From the NCBI GenBank assembly GCA_041690135.1, contig JAWLHY010000003.1:640001-704000 (forward strand): DNA of 64,000 nt, in the 5' to 3' direction. The position numbers and the translations under genes were made by a program. The notes beneath the pieces were generated by a model. It worked only from the letters and a program-made list of their open reading frames with translations, had not been told where the DNA came from and made no database searches. Positions 39,411 to 49,305 of this stretch are shown here, piece by piece. Numbering within the stretch: position 1 is the stretch's first letter; the number at the start of each line of letters is the position of its first letter. This stretch comes from Armatimonadota bacterium. GTDB lineage: Bacteria; Armatimonadota; SYMT01.

Positions 39411-39808
39411 GCTCTTCTCAATTCCACTCCCCGGTCGACTGATGAGCGCTACCCAGGGCTGCTGGAACCGGTTCCGGGGCACCACCATCTCCACCACCCC
39501 CGCGTCAGCCATAATCCCCGCAGTGGCTAAATAAAGCCCTTAATCTCACCGAGAGATCCCTTTCCACTTTCTAAATACCTCCGTTACCCGCTCCCTGGTT
39601 CGAGGTTCCGTTGCCCGGGGAACACACTGCCCTAAAACTCTGGAAATAGCGGCAGTGAAAGTCTGACCGGGAGGCGAACGATGTCAGAGCCGCAAGATTC
39701 GACCTCGTCTCGGACGCAGAGTACGCGAAATGCTTTTCGTGTCGATGAGCGACTTAAGTAGTTCTTTACGTTTTCTTAATTCCGACTACCCTCCCTCTCA
39801 CGGGCGCC

Positions 39809-41881
39809 ATGTCCTGCGAATCCTCCCCCTCGACCCAAGACCTGCGTGATGCTCTGCTCGAGGGCCTCCTCTTGATGACCCCGGAGGCCATTCTCAGCAC
39901 GGACCGCCATCAACGGATTCTTTCCTTCAATCCCGGCGCGGAGGCGATCTTCGGCTATCGAGCCCACGAAATCCTGGGGGAGTCCCTGGAACGTCTCATC
40001 CCACAGCGGTTCCGGGAATTCCACCGGGAGCATGTGCGGCGGTTCGGCGCGGGCGGAAAGCAAAGCCGGCCGATGGGCGAGCGCTCCGAAATCCTCGGTC
40101 TCCGCAAAAGTGGCGAGGAGTTTCCGGCCCAGGCGTCCATCTCTTACATCCCGCACAACGGGGGCATGTACACCGTAATCCTGCGGGACGTCAGCGAGCA
40201 ACGGAGAACACAGGCGGCGCTTGCCCAGGCGGAACACTTTGCCCGGGACGCCATCCGCTCCATCGCCGAGGGAATCTCCAACCTTACGGGAGAGCCCTTC
40301 TTCCGGGAGCTGGTCCAGCGGCTGTCCCGTGAGCTCCGGGTGGACTATGCCTTCATCGCAGAGTTGGATCGCGAAACCCAGAAGTCGGTGCGCACGGTCG
40401 CGGCGTGCGTGCGGGGCACCTTCGGTCCCACCTTCGACTATTCCCTCCCCGGAACTCCCTGCGAGGGCCTGCTGAGCGAGGACTGCTGTGTCTACCCGGC
40501 GGGGATTCGGCGGTACTTTCCGGGAGATGGCCTGCTTGCCCGGCTGCAAGTGGAGGCTTACCTCGGTGTGCCGCTCCGGGCGCAGGATGGAAGAGTCGTG
40601 GGGATCCTGGTGGCCATGCACTCTCAGCCCCTGGAGGAGACGGAGATCGCCGTCTCCACGCTGCGTATCTTCGCGTCCCGCGCGGCGGCCGAGTTGGAGC
40701 GGCTCCGCTCGGAGGCGGCTCTCCAGGAGAGCGAAGCGCAACTCCGCCAGATTCAGAAGATGGAAGCGATTGGGCGCCTGGCCGGCGGGATCGCGCATGA
40801 CTTCAACAACCTGCTCGCGGTGATCAACGGCTACAGCGAACTCGCTCTGCAACGGACCGACCTTCCGTCCGGACTGCCGGAGCTTCTCGGGGACATCCGG
40901 GCCGCCGGAGATCGTGCCGCCATCCTCACCCGGCAACTCCTGTCGTTCAGCCGGAGACAGGTCGGCCAGCCCGTTCTTGTCGATCTGAACGAATCGGTGA
41001 CGCACCTGGAGCGGATTCTGCGCCGTTTGATCGGCGAGGATATCGAACTGCGGATCCAGCCGGCGGCCGAGCCAGCGCCGGTGTGGGCGGACGCCGGGCA
41101 GCTCGCCCAGGTGGTCATGAACCTGGTGGTCAACGCGCGGGATGCGATGCCGCTGGGCGGCCTGATCGAGGTTTCGGTGGAGTTCTGTGAAACGCCGCCG
41201 CCCGATGCGCCACCCTCCCGTTCCTCGCCGCCCGGCTGGGCCAGGTTGACGGTGCGGGATACCGGCTGCGGGATCGATACGGAAACGCAGGGGCGTATTT
41301 TCGAGCCGTTCTTCACCACCAAGCGGGAAGGGGAGGGAACCGGGCTTGGGCTGGCCATTGTTTACGGGATCGTCCAGCGCGCCGGGGGAACCATCGAGCT
41401 GGAAAGCGAGGTGGGGAAGGGCACAACTTTCCGTGTCCTTCTGCCGCTCGGTGTCAGGGATGACTGCGTGCTTCCCGAGAAGCAGAGGGCCGAACCCGCT
41501 ACCGGTAGTGAGACGGTGCTGGTTCTGGAGGACGAGGAGCTCCTACGGAACCTGATCCGGGATGTGCTTCAGAGTGCGGGCTATCGGGTTTTGCTCGCCG
41601 AGAGTGCCGAGAAAGCACTGCGTGTTTGTGCCGAGGAAACGGGCCCCGTCCACCTCCTGGTGACCGATGTCGTCATGCCCGGCATGAACGGACGCGAGGC
41701 CGCCGAGCACCTTGCGGCGCTTCGACCGGGTATCCGGGTACTCTTTATCTCCGGGTACGCGGAAGATGAAGTGCTGCGCTATGGGATCTCCCTCCGCGAT
41801 GCCCTCTTCTTACCCAAGCCGTTTACCCCCGCGCAACTCACTCGCACCATTCGCGAGATACTCGACAATGGGCCGCGATGA
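39809..41881 (+). CDS. PAS-GAF hybrid sensor histidine kinase / receiver
   Basis: PAS (FNPGAE.IFGY, RKSGEEFP), GAF, GIAHDFNN, NLVVNARDAM, GTGLGL, receiver TDVVMP...KPF. Confidence 0.95.
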   Translation: MSCESSPSTQDLRDALLEGLLLMTPEAILSTDRHQRILSFNPGAEAIFGYRAHEILGESLERLIPQRFREFHREHVRRFGAGGKQSRPMGERSEILGLRKSGEEFPAQASISYIPHNGGMYTVILRDVSEQRRTQAALAQAEHFARDAIRSIAEGISNLTGEPFFRELVQRLSRELRVDYAFIAELDRETQKSVRTVAACVRGTFGPTFDYSLPGTPCEGLLSEDCCVYPAGIRRYFPGDGLLARLQVEAYLGVPLRAQDGRVVGILVAMHSQPLEETEIAVSTLRIFASRAAAELERLRSEAALQESEAQLRQIQKMEAIGRLAGGIAHDFNNLLAVINGYSELALQRTDLPSGLPELLGDIRAAGDRAAILTRQLLSFSRRQVGQPVLVDLNESVTHLERILRRLIGEDIELRIQPAAEPAPVWADAGQLAQVVMNLVVNARDAMPLGGLIEVSVEFCETPPPDAPPSRSSPPGWARLTVRDTGCGIDTETQGRIFEPFFTTKREGEGTGLGLAIVYGIVQRAGGTIELESEVGKGTTFRVLLPLGVRDDCVLPEKQRAEPATGSETVLVLEDEELLRNLIRDVLQSAGYRVLLAESAEKALRVCAEETGPVHLLVTDVVMPGMNGREAAEHLAALRPGIRVLFISGYAEDEVLRYGISLRDALFLPKPFTPAQLTRTIREILDNGPR

Positions 41882-42058
41882 TCTGGAGTGGGATGGCGCA
41901 CGCGTACATCAATCTGCGATGCGGATTGGCTCCTTCCGCTCTCCCGGGCGAGACACCGCGCGCCGAAGCTCAAATTTTTTTGCCTGAACCCAACAAAATG
42001 GGGGTCTGCAGGGATCTAAGCGGATGAACCTGCGGCGGGAGACCTTTACCGCGCTCGA

Positions 42059-42361
42059 GTGAACCCCCGTCCCGACGCAGTTCTTCAGGCGGCGATCGTG
42101 TTGGAACAGGCTACACAATCCAAGACTCGCGTCAGTGGTTACCAGCGTGGCGCCCACTTTGCCCTGGAGCCGGACGGCACCCCCGGTTGGGAAGAGATCA
42201 CCCTGGAACTGGAGCCACAGGTCCGTATCGAGCGGAGTGGTAGGGGACAGTTGTTGCTCTACCGCGGGTATCTCTCCTTCGGTATGGGTCTACCTACGGC
42301 ATTGAAGCTGGGGTGGTGCCGGGTAGTGGGAACCAAGGAGGGGGGTTGGGAGGGCGACTGA
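42059..42361 (+). CDS. hypothetical protein
   Basis: 100-aa ORF, protein-like composition, no motif recognised. Confidence 0.4.
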   Translation: MNPRPDAVLQAAIVLEQATQSKTRVSGYQRGAHFALEPDGTPGWEEITLELEPQVRIERSGRGQLLLYRGYLSFGMGLPTALKLGWCRVVGTKEGGWEGD

Positions 42362-42504
42362 TCTCACGTCTCCCGGTACCGTAGAGGGCTATCCCCAGGC
42401 CAAGGGACGATCGTCCGGGCGCTGGAGCCGTGGCGGGACGAACGTCCCGTTCACAGAAGGGGGTCTGCACCGAAAAGTGAATTAGAGGGTCCGGCGCCAC
42501 GGGT

Positions 42505-42834
42505 GTGTCCGGATCGCATGAGGTGCAGCAGATGATCCCACGGGGAGAGGTCCAGCGTTTCGCGCGTCGGCTGTTGAAGAGCCGGGAGTTCGCGCTCATT
42601 GGCGAGTTCGGCGCCGGCTACACGGAATTGCTGGACGGGTTCGAGACCGCCCAGGTCGAGGCCGCGGCCGACGTGCCGGGAGCGGCCGTTCTGGCCGCGG
42701 AATACCGGCTGGCGCTAGACATCTACTGCCAGGCCTTTGGCGTGCGGGAACTGCCGGAAGCGGCAGCGGAAACCCCACCCGTCCGGCGCCGCAAGTTACG
42801 ACGAGGCCCCTCCTGGCGCCTTCGAGGTAGATAG
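42505..42834 (+). CDS. hypothetical protein (may start at ATG 42532)
   Basis: Coding-like codon use, helical composition. Confidence 0.45.
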   Translation: MSGSHEVQQMIPRGEVQRFARRLLKSREFALIGEFGAGYTELLDGFETAQVEAAADVPGAAVLAAEYRLALDIYCQAFGVRELPEAAAETPPVRRRKLRRGPSWRLRGR

Positions 42835-43055
42835 TAGCGCCCGCCCAGCGCCACAGTGGGAATGATTCTGGAAAGAGGTGGCGGCCGCTGCCCCAGTACA
42901 GGCAAAAGTAGGGCGGGATCTCCGCCCCCGCGGGGCATTGGGCTAGCACCCGTCGTGCCGTTCCATTCCGCAGCCTGTAAAGCTGATCCCGTTCGGCCAA
43001 ACCGTGGGAGCTTCCAGACCGAAACCTCACCGTTTTGCCTGCCCGGATCGGCCCT

Positions 43056-43655
43056 TCAGGAGCCGTTGGCCTCGCGCCACCAACACTGCGCGGTTTGGAA
43101 GAACTCCTCGGCCGCTTCCGGAGAGGGAAAGGCCGACTTGGGAATGAGCGTGGTGGCGCCGGCCCGCCAGTAGATGAGGAGGTGCGAGCGGGTATTGCCC
43201 ACGTCCTGCACGTGTTGCCACACGATACGCGTGGTGCCCACGCCTTCCGTCCAGCCGCCCACCAGTTCGGGGGTAATCCAGGCGGTGTGCGGCCCGCGGA
43301 AGCGGGGGTTCTTCCGGGCCTGCCAGCGCACCAGCAGCGGCAGCATGAAGGCGATCCCGAAGATGACCGCCGCCATCAGCGCGATGCCCGCGGAAGGCCC
43401 GATGGTCAGGCCCAGGCCCACGTTCATCATCATGAAGAAAAAGAAGGCGAGCGGCATGCGCCGCCGGACGACCGGGTGACCGAGAAAGCCGTAGAAGTAA
43501 CCGGCCAGCGCGTCCCCCTCGTCCAGTTCGAACCGGACTTTCAGCCGTTCTTCCCCGTCAGCTTCCTCCGCGGCAGGCTCTGTCGCGGCGTCCGGCTCCC
43601 CCTGCCTCGCTTCCATCTCCGCCGAGCGTTCTTCCCTCAACTCTTCATCCGTCAT
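43056..43655 (-). CDS. YcxB-like membrane protein
   Basis: Two TM helices then W.HV....IPKSAF.S C-terminal motif; GGAGG RBS. Confidence 0.75.
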   Translation of the reverse strand: MTDEELREERSAEMEARQGEPDAATEPAAEEADGEERLKVRFELDEGDALAGYFYGFLGHPVVRRRMPLAFFFFMMMNVGLGLTIGPSAGIALMAAVIFGIAFMLPLLVRWQARKNPRFRGPHTAWITPELVGGWTEGVGTTRIVWQHVQDVGNTRSHLLIYWRAGATTLIPKSAFPSPEAAEEFFQTAQCWWREANGS

Positions 43656-43786
43656 CCCAATCCTCCAACCGGCGCGGGCGAGGCTCCGGTGAAGTGCCGG
43701 CCGCGGGGACACCTACTATCTCATCACAAGGAGTCGTTTTCGGCCGGTCGGAATGGCCGCGCGGGTAAACGGACGGGTGCGTATAA

Positions 43787-44086
43787 TTAGCCGGCGCGCC
43801 GATGCGCCAGACCGCCGGAGACAAGTGTCTTCAGGAACTCATCCACGTCGACACGCGCGGTCTCCGGTGACACGTCGTATTCCGCGCAGAGGGCGTTCAC
43901 CATTTCCGGGAGCGTGGGACGTTCGGCCAGCAAGGTCCAGAGGGTGGAACCGACCTCGTCGAGGGTGTAGATCGCTTCCAGGTCGCCGACCCGACCGCGT
44001 ACCGGAACGAGGATCGTCTCGCCGCCGATCCGGCGCATCACCAGGTTGGGATCCCGTTCGTAGCGGGCTTCTTCATTCATTGCCAT
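43787..44086 (-). CDS. PqqD-family RiPP recognition element (stand-alone RRE)
   Basis: R.IGGETILVP...IYTLDEVGSTLW.LL...L..EYDV..E.AR.DV.EFL..L...GL. Confidence 0.92.
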   Translation of the reverse strand: MAMNEEARYERDPNLVMRRIGGETILVPVRGRVGDLEAIYTLDEVGSTLWTLLAERPTLPEMVNALCAEYDVSPETARVDVDEFLKTLVSGGLAHRRAG

Positions 44087-45308
44087 TCCCCGTTGCTTCT
44101 CTCTTCCGCCGCATGGCCGCTTTGAAACTCCCCACGACGCCGTGCGCACGTCGCCGGAAAAAATGAGCTCGCCACGGGCCGATCGGCTCGGTGGGGGCCA
44201 GGGCGTAACGCCAGCGGAGGTGCGCCTCCGAAGGAAACGCCTGCCGGATCAGGTAGCGACCGCGTGCCGCCCATCCCCGGATCTCCCCCACCGCCGCCAG
44301 CCGGTCGCGACACGTCTCCCAGGCGCGCGCCTCTCGCCGTGCGGAGCCGGTTGCCAGGCGTTCCCACGCCCACTCCGGGGCTTGCTGCGGCCAATCGGGT
44401 CCGCTGACGCCGAGGTATGCCGCGAGCACCCTGCACACCTGGCCCAACTCTCGCTCGATACCCCAGCGCTCCGCGCACTGCCGGAGCTCGTTCCACGCCA
44501 CGGTTTCCGGGTGGCGCCGGGCTAAAAGCGCCAGATCGACCAGCCAGGCCAGCGGCGCGAAATCCTCTTCCAGGTGACGCACGTAGTGGACCGCTCCGTG
44601 GAGAAAGAAGTGCCGCCAGGCCAACCGGTGGACGGGTATTCCGTCCAGTTCGTCGGGCGTCGCCGCTCCCCACAGGTCCCGTAGAGCGGCCTCGCGGCGC
44701 CCGCGCGACCCGAGCACCTGGAGGTGCAGTTCCACCGGCAGGGACCCGGTGCGTACATAAGGGGGGAAGTGGGTCCGCCGCGCCTTGACCTGCTCCTCTT
44801 CAGGGGAGGTGCTGGAGGCCAGGGGCGCATAGCCCAGGTCGAGCAGCGTGCGGCACGCGGCTTCGGCCTGTTCCGGCCGTACGAGAAGATCGAGATCTCC
44901 CAGAGCCCGCTGCTCCAGCTCCGGGTAGAGCCACGTCAGCGCGGCCGCTCCCTTGAGTGGGAGCACCCGGATGCCGGCCTCCGCGGCGGTGCTGGCGATC
45001 TCGCGGGCCTGTTCCAGAGCCCGAAGGCTGCGGAGGTACTGCCCCTGCACGCAGCGGGTCCAGTCCGGAGGAAGCGAAGCTCCCAGGGCTTCCGCCGATA
45101 CCGCTCCCAACAGCCGGTGGTGCAGCACGGCGTGCCACAGCGCCACGGTGGGGGCGGTCGTCGGCAGGCCGGGAGAGGACGGCTCACCCGCCAGAGAGCG
45201 GCAGAGCCGGAGGAGGACGGCCGGAACACCGTCCTCCTCCGGCTCGTTCGCCGGTGTGTTTGTGTCAGCGCGGTCGTGACCGCCGCGGGTTTCCCTTCGC
45301 AGGTTCAC
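44073..45308 (-). CDS. nucleotidyltransferase family protein (NTP_transf_5-like)
   Basis: LPLKGAA...Y...R.LGDLDLLV...LGY...VELH; overlaps the PqqD start. Confidence 0.88.
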   Translation of the reverse strand: MNLRRETRGGHDRADTNTPANEPEEDGVPAVLLRLCRSLAGEPSSPGLPTTAPTVALWHAVLHHRLLGAVSAEALGASLPPDWTRCVQGQYLRSLRALEQAREIASTAAEAGIRVLPLKGAAALTWLYPELEQRALGDLDLLVRPEQAEAACRTLLDLGYAPLASSTSPEEEQVKARRTHFPPYVRTGSLPVELHLQVLGSRGRREAALRDLWGAATPDELDGIPVHRLAWRHFFLHGAVHYVRHLEEDFAPLAWLVDLALLARRHPETVAWNELRQCAERWGIERELGQVCRVLAAYLGVSGPDWPQQAPEWAWERLATGSARREARAWETCRDRLAAVGEIRGWAARGRYLIRQAFPSEAHLRWRYALAPTEPIGPWRAHFFRRRAHGVVGSFKAAMRRKREATGNGNE

Positions 45309-45315
45309 GAGGCTG

Positions 45316-48300
45316 TTAGCGGATCCGCATGCTGGGGTCTCCGAAGAGCACCCAGGTCTTCCGCACGTCGGGATGTCCGGCGTCGTGCTTGGCGGCCAGC
45401 GCGGCCTCGCCCAGCGTGTACTGCCCCGCGAACAGATAACCGTAGAACTGCAGGTTCAGCTCCATCTGCGCCGTCGGCAGGCTGGTTCCGGAGGAGGTGA
45501 ACGCCGCCACGGCCCCGCCGTTCGGCGTGTTCACCAGCGCCTCGGCCAGGCAGTCCCGGAACACGTCGTTGAACAACCCGTTGAGGCAGGTCATGCTCAC
45601 GAATAGCGGCAGGCGGGTCCCGTTCCCCAGGCGGCCGGCATCCCCCGCGGTGAGCACGTCGCCGCGCCAGCCGTCGTCCGTGCCGTGGCCCAGGTAGTTC
45701 ACGATGAGCTGACCGCCGCCGAGGGCGGACAGCAACTGCGGACGGGTCGCACCGCCGCTCTCGCCACGCAGGATCTGCTGCGAGGAGAGCAGGTTGGGCA
45801 GGTAGGAAGAGAGGATCCCCACCCCCTCGGTGAAGCTGTAGCCGGCATCGTCGGCATCGCCCACCAGAAGCACCTGCTTCCGCCAGGCTTCCGCCTTGTT
45901 CCCCTGGTCGTAGCCCACGATCTTGCTGATCACCGCCGTGGCGGCCGCCGCCGTGCGGACCGGCAGTCGGCCGGTGGGGAGGTTGCCGACCCCGTCACCG
46001 TCCCAGTCCGTGAACCAGTCGTCCGAGGCCGTCTCGATCGTGCTGGTCGCCACGGTCATGGTCGGCAGGTAGTCGTGGTACCCCCGGCCCAGGTAGTTTC
46101 GCGGGTCGTAGCTCGCGTCGCCCACCAGCAGGACGAACCGGGGCGCTTTGCTCCAGTTCTGCTGGGTGAACGCCAGGAAGTCCCGGAGAGCGTGCGGGCT
46201 CTTATGGCCGAACGCGAACTCGTCGTAGACGTCTTCCACGTCCACCACCGCCACCGCCAGCCCCTGCGCCTGCCGCAGGTTCTTCAGTGCCGTGACGCTG
46301 CTCCGGAAGTCTCGGTGTGCCAGGATCACCAGATCGGCGCCGTTGCTCCCCTGGGTGAGGGCGGAAGGCTCATTCGCGGTCACCGCCACGGGGGCCAGCA
46401 GTTGGTCCTTCCGGAACGCCACGAGCACCCGGGTCTGGCCCAGGCCGCCGGGCACGGTGGCGGTAAAGGTGTACTCCCGGCGCTTCTTCCGGAACTTGCC
46501 CAGGACTTCGATGGGCGACTCGGGGTTCGTGACGTCGAAGACCCGCACCGTGGAGCGGGTGAAGCCGCCCACGCTGATCGCCTTTCCGCCCGGCGCCGTA
46601 AACACCAGGCTGTCGCCGCTGGCCTGGTAGGCACGGGTGTAGGTGAGGCGGAGGGTATCGACCAGGCTCACGTCCGAGGCGCCGCCCAGGGCCTGCAGGG
46701 TGACCGTGTTGGCGCCATCCTGCAGCAGGGCCGCCGCGACCGGGAAGAGCGCGGAGCGGTTCTCGTGGCCGTCGAAGGCAACCTCTCCCACCACCGTGCC
46801 GTTCAGGCGGACCTGGACGCGATGGTCCTCCGTGCCGGCGAGAGCGGTCACGCCCTGCAGCACCACCTGAAGCTGGGCGGGGTCGCTGGCGCCCGCCGCC
46901 ACGCCGGAGAGGGTGAGGGTCTGGTTCAGGGACTGGGAGTTCACCACGGGGCCGAAGAAGTTGTCGGTTTCACCGTTCAACAGCGCGGCGAACCGGATGG
47001 TGCGATCCTTCCGCTCGACCGTGGAGCGGAAGCTGGCCGGCACCTCGCCGGTGCCGGACCCGCGCACCTGCGGCACCCGGCCGCCCGCACCGGAGCCGGA
47101 GACCAGCCAGTAGGTGCGCACGTCCGTAAAGGCGGTGTCGAGGCCGCGCCCGTAGAACTCCACTGTATCGCGGGACTGGAAGCGGCCGTCCCGCTCGCCC
47201 ATCACCAGGAGCGGCACCTCCACCCCGTCCGCGAACAACCGGAAGGTGCGGGGATCGACGCGCTTGTTCACCCCGGCGGCCAGGAGCTGCTTGTAAGTCA
47301 GCTTGACCCAACCCTCGCCGCGGATCTGCACCTTCACCGCGGCCCCACCGGCGAGGCCCTTCTGCACGGAAGCCTGCCGGGTGCGCGGCACGCGCCGCCC
47401 GGGCACGGTTGCCAGCCGGATGGGTCCTTCGTAAACGCCCGGCTCCTCTCCCGCCTCCTGGGGCAGTTCACCCAGGGTCGGGGAAGCCTGGAGCGCCTGC
47501 CGAGAGGCCGGACCGTCCGTCACATAGAAGGGGCCATGCAGCGTGCGGTGACCGTTGAGGTCCACGTCTTCCAGGAAATACTGGCCGCCGGGCTTGGGGT
47601 CCCACCACGTATAGGAACGGCCGGCTTGCAGGGCCACCCCCCGGGCCAGGAGCGCGGAGCCGGCAATCAAGTTCCGGTTCACGCGGGTATCGGGGCCCAC
47701 GTCTTCACGGTAGAGGTTGAACCCGAGGTTATCCACCTCGTGGCCCGTCTTCCACTCCAGGGCCACGCCGCCCTGGGTGCGGGAGGCGCGGAACTCCTGC
47801 AGCCGGATGGCGCTGGGGGAGAAAGTGTAGGCCGGGTCCTGCGGGCCGAACTGCACCGGCGGGATATCCGCCAGGCCGAACACGCCGTAGATGTCCGGCC
47901 CCAGGTCGCCGGTCTGGGCCGAGATCCGCACGCCGACGATCGCCTGCACCGGGGTGACGTTGAAAAGGTCGCTAAGGTCGACCCCCATGGCCCCCAGTTG
48001 TTGGCCGCTGCCGATCTCGAAGGTGTCGATGTAGATGCCGGTGGCGTAGGAGGGCGTGCCGTTGGTATCTACCAGAAGCTGCACATCGCCCAGGATCGGG
48101 TTATCGAGCGTGCCGCCGGCAAGAATCGCCTCCACGTGCAGCATGGAGTTGCGGCCGCGCTCCAGGAACAGCAGCTCGGGAACGGCGTCCAGCGCCGCGG
48201 GGTTGTTGTCGCTGACGGTCTTGGTGAAATACAGGTCGTAGGCGAACCTGTCGGTCTCGCCGTCCGTCCCTTCCACCAGCGAGTAGCTGTTGTAGGCCGA

Positions 48301-48807
48301 CCGGATCGCCAGGTCCTGGTAGGGATAGGTGGTGGAGTCGTTCGCGGCCGTGCCCCCTTCCGCAACGAGCCCGGCCTTCACGAACGGGTTAGCGTTGCCG
48401 TCGTCATCCGTATCCTGATCCCCGTACTCCGCGTTCACATTGATCTCGGTGCCCGCATACACGCCGGTACGCCGGACCACCGCCTGCTGGGCATGGATTC
48501 CCTCGTTGGTCGCGTCGTCGCTGGTGACGGTGAAGACGGTGGCTCCAAAGGTGACCGTGCTCAGATAGACGTCGTCGACAAAGGGAAGTCCGGAAGTCCC
48601 GTCGCGGCCCAGCGCGGTGTTCCGGCTGCCGGAGGGCACAGTGACGGTCAGCCCCGTCGGGGCAAAGGGGGCCGCCTGGACGGGGGAACTCCCCAGCGTC
48701 AAGAGGGCGATGGAGGCCAGGGGGGCAAAGAGCGACACGGCCCGGGAAACTCCCGCGGTCTGTCTTCGGAGGAAGCGTGCGATCATTCCAGTGCGTACCT
48801 CATTCAT
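45316..48807 (-). CDS. secreted multidomain C25 (gingipain-like) cysteine peptidase
   Basis: Signal peptide; DVYDEF..G, LLVGDASYD, GRLPVR, NYLGHG (His), SMTCLNG (Cys), LFGDP. Confidence 0.88.
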   Translation of the reverse strand: MNEVRTGMIARFLRRQTAGVSRAVSLFAPLASIALLTLGSSPVQAAPFAPTGLTVTVPSGSRNTALGRDGTSGLPFVDDVYLSTVTFGATVFTVTSDDATNEGIHAQQAVVRRTGVYAGTEINVNAEYGDQDTDDDGNANPFVKAGLVAEGGTAANDSTTYPYQDLAIRSAYNSYSLVEGTDGETDRFAYDLYFTKTVSDNNPAALDAVPELLFLERGRNSMLHVEAILAGGTLDNPILGDVQLLVDTNGTPSYATGIYIDTFEIGSGQQLGAMGVDLSDLFNVTPVQAIVGVRISAQTGDLGPDIYGVFGLADIPPVQFGPQDPAYTFSPSAIRLQEFRASRTQGGVALEWKTGHEVDNLGFNLYREDVGPDTRVNRNLIAGSALLARGVALQAGRSYTWWDPKPGGQYFLEDVDLNGHRTLHGPFYVTDGPASRQALQASPTLGELPQEAGEEPGVYEGPIRLATVPGRRVPRTRQASVQKGLAGGAAVKVQIRGEGWVKLTYKQLLAAGVNKRVDPRTFRLFADGVEVPLLVMGERDGRFQSRDTVEFYGRGLDTAFTDVRTYWLVSGSGAGGRVPQVRGSGTGEVPASFRSTVERKDRTIRFAALLNGETDNFFGPVVNSQSLNQTLTLSGVAAGASDPAQLQVVLQGVTALAGTEDHRVQVRLNGTVVGEVAFDGHENRSALFPVAAALLQDGANTVTLQALGGASDVSLVDTLRLTYTRAYQASGDSLVFTAPGGKAISVGGFTRSTVRVFDVTNPESPIEVLGKFRKKRREYTFTATVPGGLGQTRVLVAFRKDQLLAPVAVTANEPSALTQGSNGADLVILAHRDFRSSVTALKNLRQAQGLAVAVVDVEDVYDEFAFGHKSPHALRDFLAFTQQNWSKAPRFVLLVGDASYDPRNYLGRGYHDYLPTMTVATSTIETASDDWFTDWDGDGVGNLPTGRLPVRTAAAATAVISKIVGYDQGNKAEAWRKQVLLVGDADDAGYSFTEGVGILSSYLPNLLSSQQILRGESGGATRPQLLSALGGGQLIVNYLGHGTDDGWRGDVLTAGDAGRLGNGTRLPLFVSMTCLNGLFNDVFRDCLAEALVNTPNGGAVAAFTSSGTSLPTAQMELNLQFYGYLFAGQYTLGEAALAAKHDAGHPDVRKTWVLFGDPSMRIR

Positions 48808-49305
48808 TTACTCGGCCGTGGCGAAACGGTCGGCCCGCTGCGGGCTGCCGACGCGGGCCAGGAGGGTGTTTCCGAACCGCCGGAGCGGCCGGAGGAGTGC
48901 CCGGAGCGAGCGAGGACACCGCGCCCGGATCACCCGCAAGTAGTTGGGGGAAGTCAGATCGAGCGGTTCGCCGTCCCGCTCAACGGCCGTAACCCGGCCC
49001 AGGACCGCCGAGGCGGGCACCGGAGCGTCCGGCTGGTCGGTGGCATCCCCGTGGAAGAGATAGCCGGTCTCCCCGGAGGGCAGCCTCACCCGCCCCACCA
49101 GGCGATGGGCCGTCAGCCAGTCCCGGCCCTGAAAGAGGAAGATTCGGCCGATCTGCGCCTCTTCGAGCGCTACCGGTTGAACCAGTAGGACCTCGCCGGA
49201 GCGGATCGCCGGCTCCATGCTGCCGCCTTCGGCCCGGAAGCGGATCTCGTAGCCGGCGCGGAGCAGTTCCGTGCTGATGCGGTCGAAACGAAGCAGTTGC
49301 TGCAT
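48808..49305 (-). CDS. S24/S26-family peptidase without membrane anchor (Ser/His type)
   Basis: GGSMEPAIRSGE, HRLV, GD...PD, VLGRV; its stop abuts the C25 ATG. Confidence 0.85.
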   Translation of the reverse strand: MQQLLRFDRISTELLRAGYEIRFRAEGGSMEPAIRSGEVLLVQPVALEEAQIGRIFLFQGRDWLTAHRLVGRVRLPSGETGYLFHGDATDQPDAPVPASAVLGRVTAVERDGEPLDLTSPNYLRVIRARCPRSLRALLRPLRRFGNTLLARVGSPQRADRFATAE

